64,000 nt of DNA from Camelus ferus (Eukaryota), in the NCBI RefSeq assembly GCF_009834535.1, contig NC_045696.1, positions 2,978,001 to 3,042,000 of the forward strand. The letters run 5' to 3'. The notes beneath the pieces are model-generated. The model was given only the letters and a program-made list of their open reading frames with translations, had not been told where the DNA came from and made no database searches. The position numbers were made by a program, and so were the translations under genes. Shown piece by piece: positions 51,476-63,100 of this stretch (positions are counted from its first letter, which is position 1; each line of letters starts with the position of its first letter).

Positions 51476-52036
51476 TGTACAAGCCAGGGTTCTGACAGGG
51501 AAAGAGAACCAGCAGGGGACCGCACCCGCACACGCAGGCACGCACACACACAGACACACCCACGCACGCAGACACACACACCTGCAGACACACGTATACC
51601 ACACACACACATACACACAGACACACACACATACACACACAGACACGTCTACACACAGACATGCAGACACACACAGACCCACACATAAAGATCCTTATTT
51701 ACATAAAGAGGTTTATTCCAAGGAGTTGGTTATGCATTCGTCTCAGCCGGCATGTCCGCAACCTGCAGGGCAGGTGGCTGGAAGCTCTGGGCCGGGAGCC
51801 GGCCCTGCAGTCCACGGGCCGAGTCAGAATCTCTTCTTCCGCAGGAAAACCTCGGTTTTGCTCCGAGGGCCTCTGGACCGATTGAGCCGGCCCTCCTGGG
51901 TTGTGGAAGAGCATCTCCTTTACTTCAAGTCAGCGGACTGAGGTGGTCCTCACGTCTACCAAGGGCCCCCCAGCAGCACCAGGATTAGTGACTGGCTGGG
52001 CACCAGGGACCAGCCAAGCAGAAGACCAACCATCAG
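51476..52036 (-). mobile_element. MLT2 (MLT2D-like) ERVL LTR containing a (CA)n expansion
   Basis: CAGGGTTCT..AGAGAACCA...GGTTTATTCCAAGGAGTTGG...AGAATCTCTTCTTC..GGAAAACCTC...ATCTCCTTTACTTCAAGTCA...AACCATCA. Confidence 0.8.
51522..51686. repeat. Imperfect (CA)n tract
   Basis: Directly visible. Confidence 0.92.
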
Positions 52037-54614
52037 AGGCGTGGGTGAAGTCCAGAAGGACCCTGCAAATCGGAAAGAAAAGGACCGGCAGCCCAGCGGG
52101 AAAAGGGGCAGAAGCTATCCCGGAGCTGGCACAGAGCCCCGGGGCAGGGGGCGCGGCCCACACAGGACAAGACGCCCCCCTCCCCGCTGCAGTACAGGGA
52201 AGCCGCTAAGGTCAGAGTAAGGTCGACTCTCAAGAGCAGGGGGGGCCCGGGGCTCTTTCTGGGGTGGGGGTAATGCTCTGCCTCTTGCCCTGGATGCCGG
52301 CTGCGTGGGGTGGAGTCACAGTCACGGAGCAGTCGGTGGTCGAGGCGGTAAGGGGCTCCCCAGGGCCGGGCCTGGTTCTTGGTAGTGGAGTGGAGAGAAG
52401 GCAGTACCAGCTCTCGGGCTTTGGGGGTCAGACAGGTCTGTGGGGTAAATGTTGTGGTCCCCGCCCTTTGGAGCAAGCCACCCGCTTCTCCTGCGTCCAC
52501 TACAGCACCCGGGCTTTCTGGTGCAAACAATGCGGCCGACGCGGAGACCTCAGGCACCTCGACTTCGCGGCAGGAATACATGTTTTGGTCAGTTACCTGA
52601 TTTAGGCTGTAAGCTTACTTTGACTCAAGGTACTAAATATAATTAGCTTAGGTCGGTCCCTTTAAACCCTGGTGGATGTTGCACACTTACAAACGTGTAA
52701 TGTGTCCTGGCCGGGCCGTGAGCTGTTTGGTGCCATTAGGATGTCACTGATAAGTGAAACCAGTGGGAAGAGGAGGAAAGGGTGCTTAGGAGACACGTAC
52801 CGAGGCCTCTGCAGCCGCTGTGCTGAAGTTCTGGTGGCTCTCTCTGCATCTGTGGTTCCTAAGGGAGGTTGGAGGGGGACAGTGGAGCCGGCTCGGGGGG
52901 CTGGAGCCGAGGCTGCCCCGGGACCCTGCCTCCTACGGCCCCTTCCCAGGGAAGAGGGGAGAATGTTTTATATCCTAGGACCTTGAACTTTTTTCTCATT
53001 TTTGGACAAGGGGCCCACGTTTTGAACAAGTTGGCACTGGCTGCAATTTGGCCGCCCGCACTTCCCAGCCGGGAGGACCCAGGGCCCCCCTGGGAAGCCA
53101 GGCTGCTGAGGCTCCTTGGGGACACCCCACGTGACCCGCTGTGTGAGCAACTCGCAGTAGCCCTGCACACCCACCGCCCGGCCCCCAGCCGCATGGCCAC
53201 GTGGCTCCCTCCCTTGCAAGGTGTGGCTGGCAGGTCGCTGGCTATGGTTCACAGTAAGATTAGCAGGGTCGGGAGGAAGCGTTCACAAACTTCCGCAGCA
53301 ATTGGCAGAGTGGTTTTATGTCTGTTGAATCTAACAATAAAAAATCAGGGCTTGCATGTTTTTCCCAGTTCATTTTTTTCTAGCAATCTATTTTTTATTG
53401 GATTTTACAAGCTGGCGATTGGAGGGGCTCTTTCTAACGGACAGTTTCCAGGACCGATTTTTCGTTCCTTTGTGAATGAAGGGCTGTAGCCCCGCCTTGG
53501 CTCTCTCACCAGTGCCACAGGCTTGTGTTTCAATCACCCTGGGTGTTTCTCGTGGATTTGAATAGGAAGGTCTGACTGCCACGTAAATTCATGAAGGGCA
53601 AAGCCACATTCCCGGTGACTGCAAGCACGCGGGCTCTGAAGCGGCTATTTGCAGGAGGAACCTGTCTCAGCCGCTGCTCAGGATGAAATGAAGATGTATT
53701 TCTACACTGAACTCATATACTTTTTCTGTAAGAGTCACAATGAAACCTTCCATTCATGGACAGAGAATGTTTCAGCTAAACTGCTCTAAAAAACAGCCCT
53801 GTGTGCACCCCCTTTTCTGCAGGGCTCGACTCCCCACCTCACAGGCATGGCCGGTGGCCGCCCAGCAGGCTCAGGGCTGCTGGCCCCCTTCCTCCGGGGG
53901 CTGTCGAAGATTTTCTCCTAACACTTTAGTTCCCTGTGTTGGGAAAAGCACCATCACCTCCTAAACGCTTCCTGCCGCTGAAGCACAACAGACAGGTGGC
54001 TGTTCTCCAGGGAAGGTGCAAAAATGGACTGGGTCAACCCAAGGCCTTCCCGGGCATCGTGACTACCAGCTCCGGCCCAGAGGGAGGAGGCGGGAGTGGT
54101 GGTTCCGGGTTTCATTAGAAAAGAAGTCCGTGCGTCACTGAACAGTGTGATTCCATAGCTCATCCCGCCCTTGTTCCTGCTATTTAACACTGAAAGGACA
54201 GAGGCCGTGTGGGAGCAAGGGGGCTGCAGCTGCAGGGAGGACAGAGTGGACGCCCCCCACCCCCACCGCCCGGAGGGCCAGCGGCAGAGGAGGAGACACA
54301 AGATGCAAAGAGCAGGAGGAAGAGGAAGATGCAGCCGGGTGAACCGTGCGTGAGGAACTGCATGGAATCCGCTCAGTGTTGGTGGAAATTTCACCCTCAG
54401 CGACAGGGCACTTTTCAAGTAGGCAACTCACTCCTGTAATAAAAAAGGCCTCCTTGCAAGGACACCTGCGCTCAGAACAGCCCCCTCCGGAGAGCAGAGC
54501 CGCGCCCTCGGTGAGCGGGGACGGCCGGTGAGCGGCGGCCGCAGCCGGACGGCAGCGCCTGGCCCCGCGTTTCCTGCCAGCGCCCGGAAGTGGTCACCCT
54601 GGGCACCCATCTGA

Positions 54615-55637
54615 GAAAGACTAAGAACACGTGGCTTTATTTGGAAGTTTCGTTTCTGAACGTAATGGAAACGTGAGCAGAAATAACCAACGTTCTGCTA
54701 GAGTTTTTTTTTTTTTTTTTTAACATTTCATTTCAAAGAGCAGGTGTTTTTTTGAGGCAACAACTGAGAAAACAAGTGGCCAGAGGACAATCGGAGTTTG
54801 TCTTAATAAATAGCAAGATGCCACTTGGGTTTCTTAAGCTTCCGTAACACCGCACACACTTCGAGAAACCAATCTGCACCAGGGCCGTGGAGCCAAGGAC
54901 AGTCCCAGGTCTGTGTGGGGCCTGGGAGGAGGCAGACGGCCGGGCTGGGCCGGGCTGGGCACCGGCCACTCCCAGCCCCAGGCTGGCCTCCTTGTGTCCT
55001 CCCCGCGACCCCGCATGGGGCCAGGGGCGTCGTGGCCCTTGGGGTTCTGGTGATAGGAACCTCGGGGTGTCTGGGGCTGCCGCTCCATCCTCCAGCCCGT
55101 CCGCGGGCTTGGCTGGCTTCACCGCAGTTCACTCCGTACCGTTTCCAGGTGGCTGCAGGGCAGGAGGAAGTGCTGGACGTCTTCCAGGTGAGGCGATGGG
55201 GGTTTTGATGGCTGTCTGTGTCCTGGGTCCTTGGGGAGGTGGGCTCTTTGCTGCCTGCGCTCCCCCACCTGCAGCGCCCCCCGCTCTGACATTCACCCCG
55301 AAACCCCCGGGGGAGCGAGGCTCACCTGAGTGCCGCCCACCAGTCCGGCCGTGTCACCGGCCGCGGCAGAGCTGCTGCCCGGGCGCCAGGGGCCCGCTCG
55401 TCGGGCTGCGGGGCGGCGCCACACTGCTCACCGCCTTGCTCACCGCGGCCCTGAGCCCCGCGGCTCGGCTGAAATAGTACCAGTGCTCCCGAGGTGGCTT
55501 TTGTGTCTTTTCCAGGTGAGTGTGCAAAAGGCAAAGGTAAATCATTCTTTTCAACAGAGGATCCTTTATTTGAAAACTTTTCCTTGAAAGACAGTTTGTG
55601 AAGGACGGGCCCAGCCTCCCTCCATGGGACTCGGTGG
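54615..55637 (-). other. SLC37A1: SLC37A1 3' UTR (end approximate)
   Basis: Lies between the TGA stop and the distal AATAAA. Confidence 0.65.
54636..54641 (-). terminator. SLC37A1: Distal polyadenylation signal of SLC37A1
   Basis: AATAAA on the minus strand, followed by GCCACGTGTTCTTAGTCTTTCT (GU/U-rich), about 1 kb after the stop codon. Confidence 0.65.
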
Positions 55638-55653
55638 TCAGTGCTCCTTAAAC
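55638..55653 (-). CDS. SLC37A1: SLC37A1 last coding exon: (P)FKEH-stop
   Basis: Acceptor TGTGCTCTTCCTCCAG|G TTT AAG GAG CAC TGA. Phase matches the previous exon. Human protein ends PFKEQ. Confidence 0.9.
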
Positions 55654-55999
55654 CTGGAGGAAGAGCACAAGGCGGCGGCTGTCACTCAGCCCGCGGCCAC
55701 GCAGGCGCAGGTCCCCACCGAGTGCCGGTTCCCGGGACCTCCCGCCCCCCCCCCCCCAGCCTCCAGGGCACACAGGGGAGGAGGGGACACAGGGCGGGGC
55801 AGAGCCAGGCTGGGCTGGGGGCACTCTCTGTCTGAGGAGAACAAAGGAGGCAGCTTCCCTCACATTTTTTCACTCAGAGTTTGAGGAGAGACCGCCGGGA
55901 CCACAGCCAACCCGGGCTCAGTGGGAGAGGAACACGGGGGAAGGAGCCATGCGGGGACAGGGACCCCGGGGAGGCAGGCAGGTGAGGGGCAGGACTTAC

Positions 56000-56064
56000 G
56001 GAACTTGGTCTCCAGTCGCCAGCCCTGGGCAGCTCAGCTCCTTGTGTATGAGGCGGATCAGGAA
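56000..56064 (-). CDS. SLC37A1: SLC37A1 penultimate exon FLIRLIHKELSCPGLATGDQV(P)
   Basis: 65-nt exon with a TGCAG| acceptor and |GTAAGT donor. The peptide matches the SLC37A1 C-terminus. Confidence 0.95.
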
Positions 56065-57699
56065 CTGCACCCAGAACAGAGACGAGGCCCTGAGCGCCTG
56101 CCCTGCACCCGCAACGCCCACTGGGCTCGGCGCTCACGTTCACCATGTCTGCAGATCTCCCGGGTCGTGGGGGGATACCTCTCAGAGGGGCCTCTTCTTT
56201 AGAACATCAAACACTGAAACCCTAAAGCTGAGCGGTGGGAGCCTCGCCCAGCCCCAGGGCCTGGTCCCCGAGCAGCGCCCCGCTCACTAGGTCCCCTGCG
56301 TCACCCCCGGGGTCGTGCTCCCGGAAACAAGGCCGTTAGGACAGACTGCAGCCAGAATGACCTCTGTGTTCAAGTAATGTTTAAAATGAAACCAGTCCAA
56401 TCATAAAATGTCCAAGTGGGAAAGACAGAGAGTAAGGACAAGGTGGCCCACGGTCATGGTGACACGTGGGAGCTGCCACGTGGCTCCGAAGGCCAGGCGA
56501 GCGCTCACCAGCCATCAGCACCAGGAGGCTGGAGGGCGGTCGTGGGAGCAGCTCTGTGTCACTGGGAAGCTCCTGGGAGAGCGCCCCTGCCGGCCCAGGG
56601 CCTGCCGCTCACCCCCAGGGCCTCGGAGTAAGCCCAGAGTGGCCCTGCCTCCCTGTCGGGGAGCAGTCCTCCTCCCCTTCTGCTCCTTCCCATGCTGAGG
56701 GGCTGCGTGCAGACAGCGGGGAAGCATCGCCTGGTGTCACTGCAGCTGTGGACCTGGTCCTCCCCCGGCACGGCCGCAGCCCCCAGAAGGGCTCCCCCAC
56801 CGCGTGCAGAGCCTCGGGGCTCCTGAGGGAGGTCTGGCTCTGGTGGCCCCGATTCTCAGAAAGCTGCAGGTACCCTCGGGCCCGAGGGAGACCGGGGCCA
56901 GGAGAGGCCCAAGGCAGTGGGGCTGCCGAGCAGAGGTTTGAGGGGCCGCACAGCGCAGGCCTCAGCTCTGCAAGGCAGACACGTGTCCTCAGACGCGCGA
57001 GGCTCAGGGGGAGCGTCGCCCTCGTGTGACGGACGCCGTCCAGAAAGCGGGCGCTTCTCCCACGGGGAAGGCACCGCCTGGCTGCGCGCGGGGCCCCTGC
57101 AGCCACGGCCACAGAGCGGGCGGGGGCCTGTCCGCTGCTGTGAGCGGTGCTGGTGGGAGAGTCACGTTGCTTAAATCAACTGACCACGTGGATGTGAACC
57201 TCCAGCTCCAGCTGCCCGTACCGAGCTGCCAAGGCCAAGCTGAGCTGGTGTCCCCTCAAACAAGTTCCACCACGTGCAGTGAGTGACCAGCGCTCGTGGG
57301 GAGAGCCCATGGTTACAGGAGGCAGATCCCAGGAGGAGGGAAAAGAGGGAGGAAAGAGCGAGTGTTCCCTGAGGGCCTGGGGGACACTGAGCAGCAGCGA
57401 CACCTCTGAAGGACAAGGTCTAAGACTTGACACAAACGGCTGCCTGTGCGCAGTGCCTCCCAGGGAGCGGGCCTGCCGCCCAGGTGCCCCCATGGTGGGG
57501 GCTGCAGCCCGTGCTGATGTGAGCTGGAGGGGGCTGCGGACTGGAGGGCACGCGCCCCGGTGCGCAGGCCTGACCCGCCGGCTTCACTGAGGTCCGCTTC
57601 GGACTGGGAAGGAGAGGAAACCGGTCAGGCGACCGCGAAGAGAAGGCGTGCCTGGTCTGCAAGGCTGAGGAGGCTTGTCCTCCCTGGCTCCGGCGGGCC

Positions 57700-58460
57700 G
57701 CCTGCCGACCAGGTGACCTCGCCTCTCGTGGTGTGACTGGCTTCAGTCTCTCTCATCTGACCCAGCCAGTCTGAAGGCCTCCAAGTGACTGTCTGCCTGT
57801 TATACAGTTTTCCACTCTTTTCCTTTTGTCCCTTCTGATTCTGACATTTCAGCGTGTGTCCTGTAAACACCTGGAGCCAGGTCTTCGCAGCCGGTCCGCG
57901 GTCTGCTGGGACCACGAGCCAGCCGGGCCACAGTCCCGCTGGGCCCTCCCCGTCGCACTCGCCCGCCTCCTCCACGTGGCTCTCGTCCTCGGCTCTCTTC
58001 TCTTCTACTGTCGCTTCTGGCCCCGTCTCCCCAGCTTCCCGCTCGGGATCCCCCCCGGACGGCGCTGCACCAGCCTCTCCGGGCCTCCGCTCTCCACCTG
58101 CTGCCTAGTGTTTCCCGTCTTCCTGTTTCTGGGCTGCACTCCGGATCGCTTCCTTATGTCCACCTCTCTCCAGCTCGGTCCTCTTTACTTCTTGTTCTTT
58201 TTTCATGAAGAGTTCAGTCGCTTCTCTGACATCTCCATTATGCTGGATGTGTTTATTTTTACAGCTCATCTGATAACCCTCTTACCTGCAGCTCTGGGGG
58301 GTCGGATTCTGTCTGCCACCCCATCACCACAGCCTGTTTCCTACTCTTTCCTGACCTGGGGTTGGGGCTGGGAGCTCATCCTTGGGGGCGCTGTCGGCTG
58401 TGGGACCCTGTGCAGCTGGGCTGAGGTTTGTCCCTCTCAACTGGTTTGGGATTTGCTTCT
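57700..58460 (-). mobile_element. Probable ancient L1 ORF1-region fragment
   Basis: Pyrimidine-rich plus strand with TCTTCCTGTTTCTGGGCTGC..ATCGCTTCCTTA..TCTCT; weak similarity only. Confidence 0.35.
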
Positions 58461-59879
58461 GCCTAAGAACCAGGTATAGCACCACTCCAGGATCAGTTTT
58501 ACCCGATTTTGGTACATGTCACGTAATATTTACGTAACGTAAGTTAGAAGTGAAAGCTCACTGTAGGCAGGGGAGGTCCCCCGCCCCTAGTCTGGCGATC
58601 GGGCGAAGACCCCAGTTCCCCTCTGCGCCAGGTGCAGCGGCTCCGTGCCAGCGCACGCAGAGCCCCAGGGGCCTGCCTCGACGAGGAGGCGGGTCTGCTC
58701 CTGCGGCCCAGGCCCCCGTCTCCTGCTCCTGGGCCCGCAGCTCCCGAGGCCGACCCCTCCCCGGCTGCCCCAGCAGCAGTGTGGGGACTATTTCATGTTG
58801 CCTCCAGGCTCCTGGGTCCGGGGGCCACCCCTCCTTTCTTACAAGTCTGACTGTGCGTTACAAGGAAGGTTAATGTATGTGTTACCTGCTGCTCCTGAAA
58901 CAGGAGCGGTTCTGTCTTTAAGCAGCCACCCTGATGGAGGCCTCACCGCTACCTAGTGCAGGGGACCGGGGACTTAACTGGGAAACCGCTTTCAAAACCT
59001 AACAGGTCCGCACGCTGGGAGTTGGCGTTTGATTCTGTATGAAGTCGGGGGAGCTGCGTTGTAGGGCTGCCCGGACTTCAGATACAAAACTTTCATTTAA
59101 TTGATGGAGCTGTTATTTCCCAAATCCTTGACTCTCTGCCCTGGAATCCAGGTTAGGTTTTCCCGGGGAAGAGAGAGGAGGCCTCACTTCAGGTCTGGGG
59201 CCCCGTGCGTGGTGATCAGCCAGGGTGAGGCTGTGGTGGCCGCTCTCCAGTGGCCGCTGCGTGACTGTGCCATCAGGACCGGTCTTCTCCATCCGAGGGA
59301 AACCTCCCATTGTCTCACACAGGAGGGACGGGAAGCAGGACCCAGGGAATGGAGGGGCCTGGTGCCATGTGGGCAGCCTCAGCTCCACCCCTCTCTCCTG
59401 GCCCTTGGGGCACGGGCAGTCAGGCCGTTCCCCCCGTGTGGCCGCTTGGGGACAGGAGGATGTGGGGGCAGGAACAGCACTGTCTAGGAAGTCAGCTTCA
59501 GGGCACTGTCCCCTTTAACTCCCACAGTCATCCCGTCACCGGGGCCAGCACTCTGCCCACTTAACACGTGGACGCTGTGGAACAGAGGGGCACTCGCACG
59601 GGACAGCCAACAGGCTCAGGGTCCCAGGCAGGGCACCCCCGTTTGTGGCCTTGCCACCAGTCTGCTGGGAACCGCAGGGTGGCAGGCTGACCTGCTGCTG
59701 CTTCGGACGTCTGTTTAGACCAGAAGGAGAAAGGGCCTTGGACCTCAAACATTTAGGGTCCCTGGGTGTGTGACAGACTGGACTCCCTGAGACCTGCAGG
59801 AGTCCGCGGGAGGGAGCGGTGGGGCAACAGTCACAGAGACACTCACGGGAGCTGCTTGCGCCGCCAGCGAGCTGCTTAC

Positions 59880-59977
59880 CAGTAAGGCACAGGCGTCTGC
59901 GAACATCAGCATGTAGAACACGTTGCTCCATCCGGACGGGGAGATGAGCCCGGCCAGCAGCGGGCCCAGGGCCGCCC
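59880..59977 (-). CDS. SLC37A1: Glucose-6-phosphate exchanger SLC37A1 (MFS sugar-phosphate antiporter), internal exon
   Basis: 98-nt exon (G)AALGPLLAGLISPSGWSNVFYMLMFADACALL covering the last TM helices; CTGCAG| acceptor, CTG|GTAAGC donor. Upstream exons lie beyond the window end. Confidence 0.96.
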
Positions 59978-60119
59978 CTGCAGCGAGACAGATGACACAC
60001 GGTTCCCGGTGAGGAGGACTCTGGGACGTGGCCACCCGAGGCACCCAGGCCCGCAAACACACAGCGGAGCGCCACGCCTGACTCAAAACGCAAGAAACAA
60101 GCTAACCGGGAAACCCGCG

Positions 60120-61130
60120 TTCTCAGCCATCAGACTGGTGAGGGGTGAAAAGCCTGGCACTTGGTGCTGGTGAGGGCAAAACTGGAACAAGGTTTTAGGA
60201 AGCCGATCTAAAAACTTGTCGACATTAAAATGTTCACTCTTTTGCTCCAACAATCCCATTAAAAATGGTTATAAAGTAATCTGAATCTAACGCACAGTCT
60301 TAGATATTCCTATGCTATAAAAATATTTAGTAAAATACAAGTGAGGCTTGTGGATACTAATATTGTATCAACGTTAACTTCTTGCTTCTGACAGCTGTGC
60401 TGCGGTCACATCAGGACTTCCTTGTCTTCAGGGAACACACACTGAGTACACAGCTAATGGTAAGGGGCACAATGTCTGCAACTTACTCTTACGTGGTTTG
60501 GGAATAAATGCATGTGAATATTCATAGCATATGTGTGTGTGTGTGTGTGCGTGTGCGAGTGTGTGTGTGCGTGTGAGAGAGAGGCAGGGAAAGGGGGAGG
60601 AAGGGGGAATGATAAAACAAGTGGGAATTCTTTGTACTATTTTTGCATCCATTTTGTGAGTCTCAAATTATGTCAAAATGATGTCTTAAAAAAACTATAA
60701 AAACAAAAGAAAGCAAATGTTCCTCAAAATACCCAAAGACACTTGTTCAGGGATGTCTGTCGCAGCAGTGGGGCTGTTTTCCCACGAGGGACTGGAATGA
60801 GCCGTGGTGCATGTGCTGGGCAGGCCGCTGGCAGTGAGAAGTGTGAAAATTCACGCCGAGTCATGCACCGAGGTCTCACCTCCGAGAGCAGGGCCAGCAC
60901 GGCCCCTCCTGCTTGCGACGCGCTAACGCTATCCGCAGTGTTTACAAAGGGCACATACTACTTTTATAATCTGAGAAGCATCTGCGTGTTTTTTTGTAAT
61001 CACAGAAGGACTCCCTGGTAAACACAGTAGACTGTTCACATGTGCTTAGCTCTACAGCCCCTGAGCACCACAAAATGGACCATAACTGAATAAAAACTAA
61101 AACACGCAAAGGGCACCTGAGGGAAGGCAC
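60120..61130 (+). mobile_element. Old L1 (L1MC/L1ME) 3' fragments with an embedded (TG)n
   Basis: TATTGTATCAACGTTAACTTC...GGGGCACAATGTCTGCAACTTACTCT...GGAATTCTTTGTACTATTTTTGCA and an A-rich tail near 60690-60715. Confidence 0.75.
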
Positions 61131-61328
61131 TGTTTGTGTGGATGAGATCTAAAGGGCACGACTGATGTGCTCTGGCCCTCCTTGCCCAGGGCCAGGCTGC
61201 CCATGGCATGAGGCAGGGGAGGGTGGGCAGTAGAATGAAACAGGAGATCTGGCTGAAAGCCTCTTATAATGAACTATGAGACGTGCCCCACCTCCCCGAC
61301 CCCAGGGCCCTCCTCTTCCGCATCACCC

Positions 61329-61380
61329 CCCCAGGACCACCCCTCCCAGACCCCAGGACCACCCCTCCCCGACCCCAGGG
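61329..61380. repeat. 22-bp C-rich tandem repeat, about 2.4 copies
   Basis: CCCCAGG at 61329, 61351 and 61373. Confidence 0.75.
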
Positions 61381-61649
61381 GAGCAGAACCTTAACCATTG
61401 GGAGAGTCTGCACCAGAGGCTTTGGGCTCAGGGGTTCCGAGCTCGGCGCAGGATGGGGACGAGGCACCGCCGAGCACGGGGAGCACAGGGAGGGACACCA
61501 GCTTCCACCAGGCAGCCCCTCCCATGATGGCAAGGATGCTGGCAGTAAGGTGCACACCCCCTGTGGGTACTGGGGGGGCTCCTCCTCCAGACCCGAGCCG
61601 GACCCCAAAGACATGCAACTGACATGCCTCCCATGCGGAAAAGGCTTCT

Positions 61650-63100
61650 AGTAAGTGCTTAGCGGCTTAGTCTTAAATGCAAACATATGAGGGGACGGCC
61701 GAGATCCACCTGCGTCTGAGGAAAGCCTCAAGGTAAATGTGAACAAGCTGGGAGGAGGGGGACCTGCAGAAAATGAACAAACTGGGGAGAAGAAAACTCC
61801 CAGCAAAATGCAACACCCCCAGAGAACTGACGGGAAACCAGGCTGAACCACGTGAGACTCCCGCTCCTGCATCTGAAATCCAGTCCAGCATCAGCGACTT
61901 CTCGTGACTTGGCCTCACACACACTGATCCGAGAAGAAAGAACAGGACGCACTCAGAGGGCAGAGACACCAATGAGCATGAATGATGGCAGCTAAAGTAA
62001 AAGGCTCAGCACGGAGGCGGGAAAGCAAAGCCAAGAACGTCTCTGAGAAAGCTCAGGAAAAGAACAAAGACGCAGGCAGGCAAGGAAAACAGAAAATTGA
62101 AGGATTAATCCAGAGAGCTACACCTCTGACTAGTAAGTTTTCCAGAAGACAAAAACAGGAAGGGAAACCTGTCAAAGAGAAGACAGGGCGCACGTCCCAG
62201 GGATGGAGGGCCTGTGTTTCCAGACGGGGCGGGACCCCGGGTGCCCGGCGCGCAGGGACGAGGGGGAGCCGCAGAGACAGAGAGGTGAGCCTGGAGGTCT
62301 CCCAGGGAAGAGAGCAGGGGCGAGAGGTCAGAAGCGGAGGCCTGGCCGAGGATGACAGTGGGGCTCTCCGTGGTGGAGATGGGAGCTGGATGACACTGGA
62401 ATTCGGAAGAAAAAGAACTTTCAACCAAGACCTCTAGATCCAGACAGACTATCCATCAGGCGAGAGCTGAATCCAGACCCCTCCCCAGCGCTCCCGGGCT
62501 GTGCCCTGCAACCCACTACTCAGGAGGCCACGAGAAGACGTTTCCCACCAAAGAGGAGTCATGAACACGGGATCTGGAGAGCAGGGGTCCACCGCGGGGG
62601 AGACGGAAGGGATTCACAAGCTGCGGCGTGACAGCAGCTCTGGGATGAGGGCCACGCAGCAGGTGAGAGTGAAGCCGGGCAGCACGTGGCTGCGGTGGAC
62701 AGAAAGGCGCAGCTGTGACAGAAATGCCAACCAAAGGGCAGGTGAGGCATTCGATATTTTGGAGAAAAACAAAAATGTGCACGTTAAGGATGTGTAGTTA
62801 AGGTTTATTTCTTGGCTCAAGAGTGAGCGACATTAAAGAGACAGGGTGGTGAAGGAGCCGACGGGGACGGAGCAGGGGCCGCACCTTCCTCACCAGGAGG
62901 ACAACACGGAAGGTCAAGAAACGTGTGACCGTGCATGGAGGAGACGAGAGAGCACAGCCGGCAGTGACAGCTTCTAGAAAGAGGGGCTGGGGGGTGGGGG
63001 CGGGAATGCCATTCTGCATTATGATAAGTTTTGACGTCTATCTGGTTTCTAAAGTTACGTTATGCTTTACTTTGATAAAATGAAAATGACCTTGAAGAAG
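61650..63100 (+). mobile_element. HAL1 / ancient L1 ORF1-like element
   Basis: A-rich; TTTCAACCAAGA..TCTAGATCCAG.CAGACTATCCATCAGG and CTCAGGAGGCCAC.AGAAGACGTTTCCCACCAAAG...GGGATCTGGAGAGCAGGGG resemble HAL1. Confidence 0.65.

Noticed and set aside
39011..51686. Long-range inverted pairing between the TG tract at 39 kb and the CA tract at 51.5 kb
   Set aside because: The complementarity is trivial dinucleotide similarity, with no shared unique flanks.
50477..51688. Longest ORF in the track (403 aa)
   Set aside because: Pro-rich, low-complexity GC-rich DNA ending in an MLT2 LTR and a (CA)n tract; no recognisable domain.
59745..60086. 113-aa ORF as a stand-alone membrane protein
   Set aside because: It contains one 98-nt SLC37A1 exon; the flanks are intronic.
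61982..62437. 151-aa Lys/Glu/Arg-rich ORF
   Set aside because: It lies in a decayed HAL1/L1 ORF1-like element, antisense within an SLC37A1 intron.
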